A stretch of DNA of 64,000 bases from Terriglobia bacterium (GCA_965218585.1 CBDCLE010000012.1:1-64000), one strand, 5' to 3'. Counted from the first letter of the stretch, positions 33,443-44,500 are shown. The notes: generated by a model not told the origin, from the sequence alone. A program made the numbers and translations.

Positions 33443-33946
33443 CTACTCGAACGGATTCTCGTCCGCACTCGGTCCGTATATGGAAGGCAGGGGCACGTTC
33501 AGGAGACGCAGGTAGACCGAGAGTTGGCCACGGTGATGGTACCAGTGGTTGAGCATGACCGTCCGTATGAAACCGATTCGGGGGAGGGCCATCAACTCCT
33601 TACCGTTCTTTGTAGCCCGCCAGGTCGACAGCGCCCGTTCGTCGTCCAGTCCGTCGAGCACCTCCCGCCCTCTCTGCACGCTCTCTTCATAAGCCGCCAT
33701 CAATTCTTCGGTCGAACCGATGGTCGGGTTTTCGCCGAAATCGGGGGCTTCGATCTCATCCATGGCCGCCAGACTACCAACTTCACCGGGCGTGCCCGCG
33801 ACATGCAGAGCCAACTGGCCTAACGACATGGATTTCTCGTGTGGCCTCCAGTCGAGCTTATCACCCGGCACACGCTCCAGAACGTTGCGTGTCGTAGTCG
33901 CTTCCTGGTCGAACTCCATCAGCATTGAATCAACGATACGTGGCAC
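33443..33946 (-). CDS. DinB-family protein
   Basis: WRPHEKSMSLGQLALH...NHWYHHRGQLSVYLR; GGAGGT RBS before GTG. Confidence 0.93.
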   Translation of the reverse strand: MPRIVDSMLMEFDQEATTTRNVLERVPGDKLDWRPHEKSMSLGQLALHVAGTPGEVGSLAAMDEIEAPDFGENPTIGSTEELMAAYEESVQRGREVLDGLDDERALSTWRATKNGKELMALPRIGFIRTVMLNHWYHHRGQLSVYLRLLNVPLPSIYGPSADENPFE

Positions 33947-33973
33947 AAGAACCTCCAATAAACCCTTTCCCCA

Positions 33974-34978
33974 CTAAAAATCATCTTCCATCCGTTTCAA
34001 ATCTCTGGCCTCTCCCATGGCGATCAAGTAGTCGCCGGCTTCCATCCGGATGTCGGAGGCCGGGTTGAACAACATCTCTTTGGACGGCTTCTGGATGGCT
34101 AGTACGATCACACCGTAGACCTGCCGAATCTTTGACTCTTCCAGTGTTTTAGAAACCGTCTTGCTCGAGGACGTCACCGATATCTGGCCAAACTCGAGGT
34201 TATGTCCCGATGCCTTGTTGAAGGCCGAGGCAACATCGAGAAAACGAAGAACATGAGGACGAATGAGCGACTGCGCAAGCCTGTGGCCGATGAATGGATA
34301 GGGCGTAAAGACAGCCGTCGCGCCTGCGGTCCGCAACTTGTCTTCAGCCTGTTCGTCCGTAGCACGTGCGGAAATTGTCAGATCGGAATTCAGTGACCGG
34401 GCTGCCAATGTCACATAAACGTTGTCGGCATCACTGCTGATCGCGACCACCAGACCCTTGGCGTGGTCGATTCGGGCTTCAAGCAGAGTCTCGTCCTGCG
34501 TTGCGTCCGCGATCAGGGTCGGTATGTCTCGATCGATGGCCCACTGGGCGCGTTCCGCGCTGTTGTCGATCACCACGATGCCCGCCCGATTTCGCAACAA
34601 TTCCTCGACAACGCCGCGGCCCACGCGGCCGGCGCCACAAACGATGTAATGGTTCGACACACCACTGAGCATACGATTCCTCCGGCGACGACCAAAATAG
34701 TCTACCAATTCCAGTTTTATGAGCGTATCGGCCAAGATTCCAATAGAGACGAAAACGACCACCACACCCGAGAGCATCAGCATCGAGTTGAACAATCGAC
34801 CTGGCTGACTGAGAGGAGAAACCTCGTTGTAGCCCACCGTGGTCAGAGTGATCAAGGCCATGTAGAAGCTGTCGAACCATGCCCATCCCTCAATCACGTG
34901 GAACCCCAGGGTTCCTAACCCGAGAACGGTGGCTAACAATCCCAAGACGAGCAAGAATCTAGATCTCGAACCAAGCAT
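33974..34978 (-). CDS. Two-TM potassium channel with TrkA-N/TrkA-C (RCK) domains
   Basis: TLTTVGY pore motif, VCGAGRVG, C-terminal RCK-C. Confidence 0.93.
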   Translation of the reverse strand: MLGSRSRFLLVLGLLATVLGLGTLGFHVIEGWAWFDSFYMALITLTTVGYNEVSPLSQPGRLFNSMLMLSGVVVVFVSIGILADTLIKLELVDYFGRRRRNRMLSGVSNHYIVCGAGRVGRGVVEELLRNRAGIVVIDNSAERAQWAIDRDIPTLIADATQDETLLEARIDHAKGLVVAISSDADNVYVTLAARSLNSDLTISARATDEQAEDKLRTAGATAVFTPYPFIGHRLAQSLIRPHVLRFLDVASAFNKASGHNLEFGQISVTSSSKTVSKTLEESKIRQVYGVIVLAIQKPSKEMLFNPASDIRMEAGDYLIAMGEARDLKRMEDDF

Positions 34979-35137
34979 GAATGTGAAATCCCCGACTCTG
35001 TATATCAGGTTTTCAACAGAATTTCCCGCTCGTCGCGGTTAAACTACAACCTCGTTCCACCTGAGCAAGCTTCCGGCCGTAAAGGTTCTCAGGCTGGGAC
35101 CGGCTCGTGGGAGAACGAGGGACGGCCCGGCACGCTC

Positions 35138-37051
35138 ATGGAAGAAACCACCCTACTCCGCGATCTCACAATCATCTTCGGTGCTGCCGTCATCGTCTCC
35201 TACGCATTTCGCGCCGCCCATCTATCGACAATCACCGGGTTCCTGGTCGCCGGAGCTCTGATTGGGCCCTCTGGGTTTGGTCTGATCGCATCCAACGATG
35301 AGATCCGTCAGATGGAGGAAATCGGCATCATCCTGTTGCTGTTTTCGATCGGCGTCGAGTTTTCGTCCGACAAGATTCGAAACACGATGTGGGTTGCACT
35401 TGCCGGAGGACTGGGACAGGTCGTTTTAACTGGAACCATTGTCGGATTGGTCGCGTTCTGGCTTGGAGCAGAACCCGGAGCGGCGATTCTTCTGGGAATG
35501 GTCGCAGCCTTGAGCAGCACTGTCATCGGGTTGCGCATGCTCCATGAGCGGGGACAGACGCTGTCACCCAATGGGGGCGTCTCACTGGCGATTCTCATAT
35601 TCCAGGACATGACCGTCCTCCCCATGATGTTGTTTCTGCCATTCGTGACCGGTCAGACACCTGCGGGTCCCGCCGCATTGCTCCAGACTCTGGCAGTGTC
35701 GACCGGAGCCGTCTTACTGATTCTCGTCGTGGGCAGGGGCCTCGTTCCCCGCCTGATCGCGAAAACTGTCGAATCGAGGAGCCGCGACCTGTTCATACTG
35801 TCGGTGATCCTCGCGGTGTCTGGAATCGCCTGGATCAGCACCCGCTTCGGCATCAGCGCCGGACTGGGAGCTTTTATCGCTGGACTGGCCATTTCGGAAT
35901 CCGAATACAGTCACCAGGTACTGTCCGACATCCTGCCGTTCAGGGAAACCTTCAATAGTTTGTTCTTCGTTTCCATTGGAATGCTGCTCGACCCTGTTTT
36001 TATCTTCCAAAACGCTATCGTGATTGGAGGAGCGGCTGTACTTATCATCCTCCTCAAGACGACTCTGACGACCGGTGTGATCCGCCTGCTCGGATTCCCG
36101 TGGCGCATCGCTCTTGCTGTCGGTTTGTTGTTGGCGCAGGTCGGCGAATTTTCCATCGTACTTCTTCGAACCGCACAAGACGGTGCTCTAGGGGCCGCCC
36201 TAGAGCAGGCCGTGCTAGCTACGATTCTCGTCACGATGGTGCTGACTCCACTTTCGGTGCGGCTCGGAGAGTGGTTGCGTCCAGCGATGGCGCTGCCCGC
36301 AGCGGGGGAGCCGGTCCCCCTCCTGTCCGATCACACTCTGATCGTTGGATACGGACTGAACGGCCGGAACGTGGCATCTCTGCTCGAGGCGTCGGGCTTC
36401 CCTTACGCGGTTCTCGAGATGAATCCTCAAACTGTGGCCAGCGGTCGTAAGGGAGGCGTGCCGATCTACTACGGTGACGCCGTCAGCGAGTCGGTCCTCG
36501 AGTGGGTGGGCGCGGGAAGGGCCAATGCCATCGTGTTCGCCATCTCCGATCCTGCCGCGACACGTGGGGCCGTTGCCTCCGCGCGCCGACTCAATTCGTC
36601 GGCGCACATCTTCGCCCGGACACGCTATGTATCTGAGATTGAACCGTTATATGCAGCCGGCGCCACGATGGTTATAACAGAAGAGTTCGAGACCTCATTG
36701 ACCATCATCCGCCGACTCATGAACCGTCTAGGGGTGCATCCTTCCAAAATCGACCGTACCGTGCTCGAGATAAGGCAGCAGCACTACGGGGCACTGCGCG
36801 GTTCGCCACCGCCGGTCATCGAAACGGACGCTGCCGTCCGGCTGTTCGAAACAAGGGCTGGAAGTGTGTCTAACGAGATTTCTATCGGGGAACTACAGGT
36901 CCGCTCCAAGTCAGGAGCAACGATCGTAGCAGTGGAACGCGACGGAAAAGTCACCACCAACCCGCGACCCGACTTTGTCCTCAGGGATGGTGACCGGATC
37001 CACCTGATCGGCAGCGAACAGGAAGTAGGCGCAGCGATCGCACTGATCTGA
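35138..37051 (+). CDS. CPA2-family cation:proton antiporter (KefB/KefC-like) with RCK domains
   Basis: LLFSIGVE, LSST, FQD, LGAFIAG, AQVGEFS, IVGYGLNG. Confidence 0.94.
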   Translation: MEETTLLRDLTIIFGAAVIVSYAFRAAHLSTITGFLVAGALIGPSGFGLIASNDEIRQMEEIGIILLLFSIGVEFSSDKIRNTMWVALAGGLGQVVLTGTIVGLVAFWLGAEPGAAILLGMVAALSSTVIGLRMLHERGQTLSPNGGVSLAILIFQDMTVLPMMLFLPFVTGQTPAGPAALLQTLAVSTGAVLLILVVGRGLVPRLIAKTVESRSRDLFILSVILAVSGIAWISTRFGISAGLGAFIAGLAISESEYSHQVLSDILPFRETFNSLFFVSIGMLLDPVFIFQNAIVIGGAAVLIILLKTTLTTGVIRLLGFPWRIALAVGLLLAQVGEFSIVLLRTAQDGALGAALEQAVLATILVTMVLTPLSVRLGEWLRPAMALPAAGEPVPLLSDHTLIVGYGLNGRNVASLLEASGFPYAVLEMNPQTVASGRKGGVPIYYGDAVSESVLEWVGAGRANAIVFAISDPAATRGAVASARRLNSSAHIFARTRYVSEIEPLYAAGATMVITEEFETSLTIIRRLMNRLGVHPSKIDRTVLEIRQQHYGALRGSPPPVIETDAAVRLFETRAGSVSNEISIGELQVRSKSGATIVAVERDGKVTTNPRPDFVLRDGDRIHLIGSEQEVGAAIALI

Positions 37052-37205
37052 ACAGCCGCTGGAAAGCCTCCATCCCCATCATCCTGCTATACTTACACAG
37101 TCCGCTCCCCGGATCGATGGTTACCGGCGAAATAATGAGCGACTGAGCGCAACTGAAACGGACATTCGGCTTAGTTAAATAACCGAACCAGACGACAAGG
37201 ACATC

Positions 37206-38621
37206 ATGGAATCGACTAAAACTGATCTCGTAGTGCTGGGAGCGGGGCCCGGCGGCTATGCAGCAGCGTTCTACGCTGCCGACCTTGGAAAGAAGGTCAT
37301 TCTCGTGGAAAAAGACGACCAGTTGGGCGGTGTCTGTCTCAACCGGGGATGCATTCCGTCGAAGGCTCTGCTTCACGCAACCAAGCTCATCTCCGAAACC
37401 GAAGAATCCGCGGATCGCGGGATCGTTTTCTCTTCTCCCGAAATCGACTCGGACAAGCTGGGCGCATGGAAAAACACCGTGGTTCGAAAACTGTCTCAGG
37501 GGGTGGAGCTGTTGGCAAAGACCCGAGGCGTCGAGGTCGTGACCGGGACCGGCAGTTTCGAGGATTCCAACCATATCAAGGTGGTGACAGCGGACGGGGA
37601 CGTTTTGATCGAGTTCGATCACGCCATCGTTGCAACCGGTTCCCACCCTGTGGTTCCCAAACCCTGGGACCTGGGCGACCCCGACATAATGACGTCGACC
37701 GAAGCGCTGGAAGTGTCCATTATTCCGGACACGCTCCTGGTCATTGGCGCGGGGTATATCGGGATGGAACTGGGAACGGTTTACGCAGCCCTGGGCACTG
37801 AAGTGGTCGTCGTTGAAGCTCTCCCATCGATCCTTACGGGTACCGACCACGATCTTTTGCGTCCGGTCCTCCGGCGTGCTCAGGAAGCCTTCAAGGAGCT
37901 GCGGCTCGATACCAAAGTTCAAGGCTTGGCAAGTAGGGGTGATCAGATCCAAGTCGTCACCGAAAGTAACGGTGAAGAAGTGGCCGAACTCTACGATCAG
38001 GTGCTGGTGGCCGTCGGCCGTCGGCCGAACTCAGAAGGGATCGGCCTGGAAAACACCTCCGCGGAATTGATCGAGGGTGGTTTCATTCGGGTCGACGACA
38101 CACAAAAGACGGCGGACTCCAACATCTACGCGATCGGAGACATCACCGGAGGCTTCATGCTGGCCCACAAGGCCTCGAAAGAAGCCCGTGTCGCCGTCGA
38201 ATCTCTTGTTGGCAAGAAAAGTGCCTTTGAAGCTGTTATCCCGGCCGTTGTTTTCACCGATCCCGAAATCGCCTGGTGCGGGCTGACCGAATCGGAAGCC
38301 AAAGAAAAAGGCATCGCGGTTGAGATCGCGAAGTTTCCGTGGGCGGCTTCCGGCCGTGCCATAGCGGTGGACCGGCCCGACGGTTTGACCAAACTCGTCG
38401 TCGAACCCGAAACCGAACGTATTCTTGGCATGGGAATCGTCGGCGTCGGCGCTGGAGAACTGATTAGCGAAGGCGTTGTCCTGATGGAAATGGGAGCTAC
38501 GGTCAGGGACCTGGCCGACTCCGTGCACCCACATCCGACGCTTTCGGAAACTTTGATGGAATGTGCGGAGATGTTCTACGGTCACGCCACGCACGCCGCA
38601 CCTCGCAGAAAACGCGCTTAG
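37206..38621 (+). CDS. lpdA: Dihydrolipoyl dehydrogenase
   Basis: GAGPGGY, GGVCLNRGCIPSK, HPHPTLSE. Confidence 0.98.
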   Translation: MESTKTDLVVLGAGPGGYAAAFYAADLGKKVILVEKDDQLGGVCLNRGCIPSKALLHATKLISETEESADRGIVFSSPEIDSDKLGAWKNTVVRKLSQGVELLAKTRGVEVVTGTGSFEDSNHIKVVTADGDVLIEFDHAIVATGSHPVVPKPWDLGDPDIMTSTEALEVSIIPDTLLVIGAGYIGMELGTVYAALGTEVVVVEALPSILTGTDHDLLRPVLRRAQEAFKELRLDTKVQGLASRGDQIQVVTESNGEEVAELYDQVLVAVGRRPNSEGIGLENTSAELIEGGFIRVDDTQKTADSNIYAIGDITGGFMLAHKASKEARVAVESLVGKKSAFEAVIPAVVFTDPEIAWCGLTESEAKEKGIAVEIAKFPWAASGRAIAVDRPDGLTKLVVEPETERILGMGIVGVGAGELISEGVVLMEMGATVRDLADSVHPHPTLSETLMECAEMFYGHATHAAPRRKRA

Positions 38622-38695
38622 ACGACGCCTGACTAAATGCATTCCACCCGACGCAAACCGAGCCCTGGAGACGCAACGCGGCTGCGTCAATCGTC

Positions 38696-39316
38696 ATGAA
38701 CCTGAACCGCGGTTTCCAGGTCCTTGGGGCGATCACACTCGCGGTCGTCATATTCGTCGCGTTTACACCCCTGGCTAACGTTCTCGGAAACCGCCTGGCA
38801 CCGGCCGAAGAACTGGCGCCCGCTGGCGCGATAGTCGTCCTCGGAGCAGGACAATACTCCGAAGGCCGACTGAACCGTCCGTCTCTGGCCCGGGCCGTTC
38901 GAGGTATCGAACTCTACCAGCTTGGCTACTCGCAGTTGCTCGTCCTTCTCGGTCCCGCTCGATGGGAAGGCTATCCGTCCGAGGCGGTAGTGCGGTGGCG
39001 GCTTGCACGTACGATGCGTGTGGACCCCGACAACCTCATCGTGGAAGAAAACGGGCTCAATACACGAGAAGAAGCCAGACTCAGCCGCGACAGGCTCCGC
39101 CCACTCGGGATCGAGACCATACTCCTGGTAACCGAAGGTCAACATCTTATACGCGCGGTAGAGTTGTTCGAAAACGTGGGTTTCGACGTGTACCCCGTGC
39201 CGGCCAACGACTATTCGACCGGGTCATCCGGCCCCATCGGGCGGATCATATTGATGCAACGAATCCTCCAGGAACAGGCGGCCAGAATCTATTACCGAAT
39301 AGCGGGCTATCTATAA
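38696..39316 (+). CDS. YdcF/ElyC (DUF218) family protein
   Basis: AIVVLGAG, SEA, NTREEA, LVT..H. Confidence 0.88.
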   Translation: MNLNRGFQVLGAITLAVVIFVAFTPLANVLGNRLAPAEELAPAGAIVVLGAGQYSEGRLNRPSLARAVRGIELYQLGYSQLLVLLGPARWEGYPSEAVVRWRLARTMRVDPDNLIVEENGLNTREEARLSRDRLRPLGIETILLVTEGQHLIRAVELFENVGFDVYPVPANDYSTGSSGPIGRIILMQRILQEQAARIYYRIAGYL

Positions 39317-39624
39317 TGGTCCAGCTCTACCTACTCACACTCGTCGCGGCGACTTCTGTGGCGGCCTACGCGCTGGGCCGTCGACGCCTTGGGCTTCGGT
39401 CGAAATTCAGCCATGGAATTCAAAAAACCCTCGAAACGATTGGTATCGCAGTCGCCTTCTTTGTCTTCAACGTCGGTGTCACGGTCGCCGGAATTTTCTT
39501 CGCCCGAAGTCTTGGATTCTTCGTTTCCCTATACATCGCCACCGACAACACACTGATCTTCCTTTCGTTTCTTCAAGCCGTCGTATTTCAGCATTGGCGG
39601 TACGCAGAGGCGGAACACAAATAG
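39316..39624 (+). CDS. Small membrane protein (102 aa)
   Basis: TAATG stop/start overlap with the upstream gene; three hydrophobic segments. Confidence 0.75.
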   Translation: MVQLYLLTLVAATSVAAYALGRRRLGLRSKFSHGIQKTLETIGIAVAFFVFNVGVTVAGIFFARSLGFFVSLYIATDNTLIFLSFLQAVVFQHWRYAEAEHK

Positions 39625-39637
39625 CAGGCTGTGCAGG

Positions 39638-40279
39638 TTGAAGCGTCATTCGGGAAAGATCAAGGCAGGAACAGCTCACATCAGTGACGCCGACCCGGTC
39701 ATGCTTCGGCTGATCGGGCAGTGCCCACCGCTGACTTCACTCCGATTGCAGTCTAACCGTTTCGCCGCACTGACAAATTCCATCCTGTCACAGCAGATCT
39801 CAGTCCACGCAGCACGAGCCATTCGATCCCGTTTGACGGAACTGGCCGGCGAGAAGAACTTCACGGCAAGCAGGATCAAGCAGCTTCGACTGAAGAAAAT
39901 TCAATCGGCCGGCATGTCCAGACCAAAAGCTCTTTATCTGAAAGACCTGGCGGACAACGTCCATTCCGGTCGGCTCCGGTTAAATCAGATCGGCCGGAAG
40001 AGCGACTCGGCAGTGATCGAAGAGTTGATTCAGGTCAAGGGAATCGGGGTGTGGACAGCTCAGATGTTCTTGATCTTCGCTCTCGGCCGTCTGGACGTAT
40101 TTCCTCACGGCGACTACGGTGTTCGTGCCGCAATCCAGCACCTGTATGGGCTAAAGGAACTTCCGGATAAGAAAACGTCTTCGAAAATCTCCGAACCATG
40201 GCGCCCGTATCGAACCATCGCCACCTGGTATTGCTGGCGCAGCCATGAACTGAAAGGCGGCACTAGCGGGGGAGTATAG
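39638..40279 (+). CDS. alkA: DNA-3-methyladenine glycosylase II (HhH-GPD)
   Basis: ILSQQIS, VKGIGVWTAQMFL, DVFPHGD, WRPYR. Confidence 0.92.
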   Translation: MKRHSGKIKAGTAHISDADPVMLRLIGQCPPLTSLRLQSNRFAALTNSILSQQISVHAARAIRSRLTELAGEKNFTASRIKQLRLKKIQSAGMSRPKALYLKDLADNVHSGRLRLNQIGRKSDSAVIEELIQVKGIGVWTAQMFLIFALGRLDVFPHGDYGVRAAIQHLYGLKELPDKKTSSKISEPWRPYRTIATWYCWRSHELKGGTSGGV

Positions 40280-40287
40280 GAATTCAG

Positions 40288-40390
40288 CCGAGAGACGCGG
40301 AGTTCGCAGAGAACGCAGAAAGAGCCAATTGCACTCTCCGAAGAAACTAAATCCCGCGGCCTTCGCGACCTCTGCGCCTTTGCGTTAAAT
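40288..40390. repeat. Family B palindromic repeat
   Basis: GACGCGGAGTTCGCAGAGAACGCAG ... CTTCGCGACCTCTGCGCCTTTGCGTTAAA. Confidence 0.7.
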
Positions 40391-40399
40391 CCCTTTTCC

Positions 40400-41518
40400 T
40401 TATGCGGCCGAGCGACGGCCGAACAGGCCCCGCCGACGGGATTTCTGCTTCGCGACGACACGGTTCTTTCCCGCCTTCTTCGCCTCGTAGAGTGCTTCGT
40501 CGGCACGGCCGATGATGTCTTCCACCTTCTCTCCTTCAACGAATTCAGCCATGCCGCAGCTGACGGTGAAGCGGATGTGACCGGTGGCCTCACCTGCTTT
40601 ATATTCATACTTGGTCGAAGCGACTTCTTTTACGACTTCCTTGAAGCGTTCCTCGGCCAACTCGATCCCCAAATTGCGTAACAGGATGGCAAACTCTTCG
40701 CCTCCGTAGCGCGCAACCATGTCCCCGGACCGGATGGACTTGCCCAACAGTTGGGCAGCGCCTAACAGAACCCGGTCTCCAACCTGGTGACCGAACTGAT
40801 CGTTGATCTGCTTAAAATCGTCGAGATCAGCCATCACCAGAGTAAATTGGGCTCCAGCGCTCTCGCTCTTCTCCACCCAATCCTTGATCGTGCGATCAAA
40901 GCTGCCGCGGTTGGCGACTTGAGTCAGGGGATCCAGCAGGGAATCCTCTTCAGCACGTTCAAGACGGCGTTGCAGCGTCTCCACGCGGCCCGACAGCTTC
41001 GAGTAACTCTCCTGGTCGGTCTTCTGCTTTTCCTCGACCAACTGGTTCAGACCGTGGGCCTCTGCCCGAATCCGTTCCCTGAGAACCTGCAGATCGGTGA
41101 TTTCCAGCAGGGACTCGAACCTTTCGGAAGAGCCGAGGAGACTCCGATTGAATTCCTCGGACTGACCGGCAAGCTTGCGTACGGTCTCTCTGAGGACATC
41201 GATAATTTCTATGAACTCTATTTCCCTGTTGAGCGAATGCTCACGGGCACGACTGAAAAAATCTTCGCACGCTCGAATACAGGCATCTGCCATAGCCTCT
41301 AGCGCGGCATACTCCGGAGTCGGGCGCTCGCATAGAGCTTTTCTAAACTTGGTCAGCTGAGATCTGAACTCCGGGGTTGTCTTCAGGTGCTCGTTACCAA
41401 CGGCCACGTCCGAAAGCAGTTCGACCAGACGATCCAGAATGTCGGTTACGTCCCCGACAGCATCCAGCCCTCCAGACTTCGCCTGATCTATCTTCAACTC
41501 AACCAATTCGTCCGACAT
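40400..41518 (-). CDS. Diguanylate cyclase (coiled-coil + GGDEF)
   Basis: DPLTQVANR, DLDDFKQIND, RSGD I-site, RYGGEEF. Confidence 0.95.
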   Translation of the reverse strand: MSDELVELKIDQAKSGGLDAVGDVTDILDRLVELLSDVAVGNEHLKTTPEFRSQLTKFRKALCERPTPEYAALEAMADACIRACEDFFSRAREHSLNREIEFIEIIDVLRETVRKLAGQSEEFNRSLLGSSERFESLLEITDLQVLRERIRAEAHGLNQLVEEKQKTDQESYSKLSGRVETLQRRLERAEEDSLLDPLTQVANRGSFDRTIKDWVEKSESAGAQFTLVMADLDDFKQINDQFGHQVGDRVLLGAAQLLGKSIRSGDMVARYGGEEFAILLRNLGIELAEERFKEVVKEVASTKYEYKAGEATGHIRFTVSCGMAEFVEGEKVEDIIGRADEALYEAKKAGKNRVVAKQKSRRRGLFGRRSAA

Positions 41519-41642
41519 GCAGTTCCCCCAAATGGATACGTTCGAATACTGTTTCGGCCTTTTGAATCCGACACTTTAGGAGATCGAAAGACAGAAATGG
41601 CCGGCCGACACAACTCGCTGATTCTATTAGGAGAAAAAGAAT

Positions 41643-41733
41643 AACCGCAGAGGCGCAGAGGTCGCTGAGAGCTCAGAGAAATCGACATGGATTGCATCTT
41701 CAGGAACTCTGCGTCTCAGCGTCTCTGCGTTGA
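41643..41733. repeat. Family B palindromic repeat
   Basis: AACCGCAGAGGCGCAGAGG ... CTCTGCGTCTCAGCGTCTCTGCGTT. Confidence 0.75.
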
Positions 41734-41739
41734 AAAAAT

Positions 41740-43719
41740 CTACAGGAGGGAGATGGGGTCAACATCGACGATGACACGGGTCGGGGAGATCTTGTTTTCC
41801 GTTACGTAGGATTGGAGTTGCCCGAGCAAACGATGCAAAGGTTCCCTGGAGGCGGATTTGATCAACAGCTGATGGCGGTAGGTCCGGTTGATCTTTTCCA
41901 GGGGCGCGGCGGCCGGCCCCAGGATCCGAACGGATCGCGTTCTGACGCTGTCGAGGAAATCGCCGATGTCACGCGCAAGGCTGGCCGCTCTTTCCCGGCT
42001 TCGTTCCAGGACCATGACACCGGCGAGAACGGTATACGGCGGATAGAACATCGACCGGCGGAACTGGATCTCGCGTCTGTAGAACTGTTCGAACCTTTGC
42101 GTTGACGCAAGCTGAAACGTGTAGTGGTCAGGAAAATAGCTTTGAATGATTACCTGTCCGGGCACGTCACCGCGGCCGGAACGGCCGGCCACCTGAGTCA
42201 AGAGCTGAAAGGTCCGTTCTGCCGCCCTGAAATCGGGCAGGGAAAGTGCAGCATCAGCTGAAATAACACCGACCAATGTCACCTTGGGAAAGTCGTGGCC
42301 TTTCGCGACCATCTGTGTCCCAACCAGAATGTCGAGCTCTCCGGCTCGAAAATCCTTGAGTATGCGATCGTAGTCTCCGAGGTTGCGCATCGTGTCCCGA
42401 TCGACTCGCCCGATGCGCGCACTCTCGTATCGCTCCTTGAGCAGGGCCTCCAACTGTTCGGTTCCCTCGCCGACATATTGAACGTATTCGCTCTGGCATT
42501 CCGGACAAGTGGTTTCCGGCTTGCGTGTGAGACCGCAGTAGTGGCAGAGAAGCCTGTTGATCGACCGATGGTAGGTCATCGAAACGCTGCAGTCGCGGCA
42601 ATGAAACGAGTAGTTGCAGTGGCGGCAGAGCAAGAACATCGAAAAGCCCCTGCGATTCAGGAGGATGATGGTTTGTTCCCGACGCCCGAGCCGATCTTCG
42701 ATAGCGTCCACGAGCCGCTCGGACAGGACGACCTGCTTGCCCTGATCGGCATATTCGTCACGCATATTGACGATTTCCACGCTCGGAAGGGGACGCTCCT
42801 CGACTCGATCCGGAAGTTGGGCATACACATACCGCTGCGTCTCTGCGTTTCGGAATGATTCCATCGAAGGCGTAGCAGACCCCAGAACAGTGACAGCCCC
42901 AGCCATCTTCGCCCTCATAACCGCGCAATCACGGGCATTGTAGCGGGGCATCTCATCCTGCTTATAACTGCCCTCGTGTTCCTCATCGACAACAATGATC
43001 CCGAGGTTCTCGAGCGGAGCGAACAGAGCAGAACGGGTTCCGATGACGATGGATGCCAGACCCTTGTAAATCCGCAGCCACTCGTCAATCCGTTGCTTTC
43101 GAGTCAGTCCGCTGTGCAGGAGCGCCAAGCGCGAGCCAAACCTCTCGGCGAAGCGCTCACGCAACTGGGGTGTGAGTCCGATCTCCGGAACAAGTACCAG
43201 CGCGGTCTTTCCCCGGCGCTGGTAGTAATCCACACTCCGCATGTAGATCTCGGTCTTTCCGCTCCCCGTAACGCCGTGCAACAGAATGGTATTAAACCCT
43301 TCCCCTTCGGTGATTTCAGCGAAAGCGCTTTCCTGGGCGGGGGTCAATGTCGGAACCGATCCGACCAGGTGGGGTTTCGGCGGGGAACCTTCGAACTGCT
43401 CAAGGTGTTTCGTCGTGATTGCCGGCGGCAAGGCACTCTTGAGCACCTCGCCAAGCGGGGCCATGTAATAGTCGGCTATCCAGCGGCAGAGCTCGAAGAT
43501 GTCGTCGCGGATCAGGGGCTCCGGATCCAGAACCTCCAATATCTGCCGGACTTCCTCTAGCTCAGCGGGCTTCTCCTCCCGGAGTCCGACGACGAATCCC
43601 TGAACTTCTTCGCGCGTTCCAAAGGGAACGGTTACCCTGGCGGGAAAAGGTATTTCGCCTGGGATCTCATAGAGAAAAGTCTGCAAAAACGGAAGGCAGA
43701 CAGCGACATCGGCATACAT
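41740..43719 (-). CDS. priA: Primosomal protein N' (replication restart helicase)
   Basis: GVTGSGKT, VDEEH, SATPS, four CxxC, GTQMVAKGHDF, QVAGRSGR. Confidence 0.98.
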   Translation of the reverse strand: MYADVAVCLPFLQTFLYEIPGEIPFPARVTVPFGTREEVQGFVVGLREEKPAELEEVRQILEVLDPEPLIRDDIFELCRWIADYYMAPLGEVLKSALPPAITTKHLEQFEGSPPKPHLVGSVPTLTPAQESAFAEITEGEGFNTILLHGVTGSGKTEIYMRSVDYYQRRGKTALVLVPEIGLTPQLRERFAERFGSRLALLHSGLTRKQRIDEWLRIYKGLASIVIGTRSALFAPLENLGIIVVDEEHEGSYKQDEMPRYNARDCAVMRAKMAGAVTVLGSATPSMESFRNAETQRYVYAQLPDRVEERPLPSVEIVNMRDEYADQGKQVVLSERLVDAIEDRLGRREQTIILLNRRGFSMFLLCRHCNYSFHCRDCSVSMTYHRSINRLLCHYCGLTRKPETTCPECQSEYVQYVGEGTEQLEALLKERYESARIGRVDRDTMRNLGDYDRILKDFRAGELDILVGTQMVAKGHDFPKVTLVGVISADAALSLPDFRAAERTFQLLTQVAGRSGRGDVPGQVIIQSYFPDHYTFQLASTQRFEQFYRREIQFRRSMFYPPYTVLAGVMVLERSRERAASLARDIGDFLDSVRTRSVRILGPAAAPLEKINRTYRHQLLIKSASREPLHRLLGQLQSYVTENKISPTRVIVDVDPISLL

Positions 43720-43741
43720 ATCGTCAACCCAACGAGGAGAG

Positions 43742-44413
43742 CTACACGGGCCCGCCGAGAGCCGCTCGAATCTGCTTCATGTCTTCCCAGACCTCACGCT
43801 TCTTCGCGGGATTGCGGAGGAGATAGGCGGGATGGAACGTGGCAATAAAACGGACGCCTTCGATATTATGAAAGCGCCCTCGCAATTTCGAAATGGGCAC
43901 TTTCATGCCGAGCATCGTCTGTGCCGCAAACGTTCCCAGACAACACACGATCTCGGGGCGCACAACTTCCAGCTGACGGCGGAGGAACGGACTGCACGTG
44001 TCCACTTCATCTGACTCGGGATTGCGGTTCTTCGGCGGACGGCACTTGAGCACGTTGCAGATGTAAACATCGTCCCTTGTCAGCTCGATCGACTCGATAA
44101 TCTTCGTCAGAAGCTGTCCGGCCCGGCCAACGAAGGGTAACCCCTGACGATCCTCCTCTGAACCCGGGGCTTCTCCAATAAACATGAGGCGCGCATCGGG
44201 ATTACCCGAACCGAATACAATCTCAGTTCTCGACGCTGAAAGCTTGCAGCGGCTGCAATCACCCAGATCTTCGCGTACGTCGTCCAGCGTCATCTGGGCG
44301 TCTATTGGTGGATCAGCCGACGGACCAACCGCAGCCACTTCGGCGACATCGACGTGAGAAATGCCGATGTCTCTGAAAAACTGGAGTTGTCCGGCAATCT
44401 CATCTCGGTTCAT
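43742..44413 (-). CDS. Uracil-DNA glycosylase family 4
   Basis: CSRC, GEAPG, KCRPP, HPAYLLR. Confidence 0.96.
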   Translation of the reverse strand: MNRDEIAGQLQFFRDIGISHVDVAEVAAVGPSADPPIDAQMTLDDVREDLGDCSRCKLSASRTEIVFGSGNPDARLMFIGEAPGSEEDRQGLPFVGRAGQLLTKIIESIELTRDDVYICNVLKCRPPKNRNPESDEVDTCSPFLRRQLEVVRPEIVCCLGTFAAQTMLGMKVPISKLRGRFHNIEGVRFIATFHPAYLLRNPAKKREVWEDMKQIRAALGGPV

Positions 44414-44500
44414 TGGAGTGAAGCGCCTTCAGCTATCGTCGATGAGCCGTCACCCGTCGGTCGGTGGCGGCTGAAAGCCAATAGCTGGTAGCCCTGAATG

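Noticed and set aside
34820-34850. Unusual K+ filter TVGYNE
   Set aside because: Variation after TVGY is common in prokaryotic RCK channels
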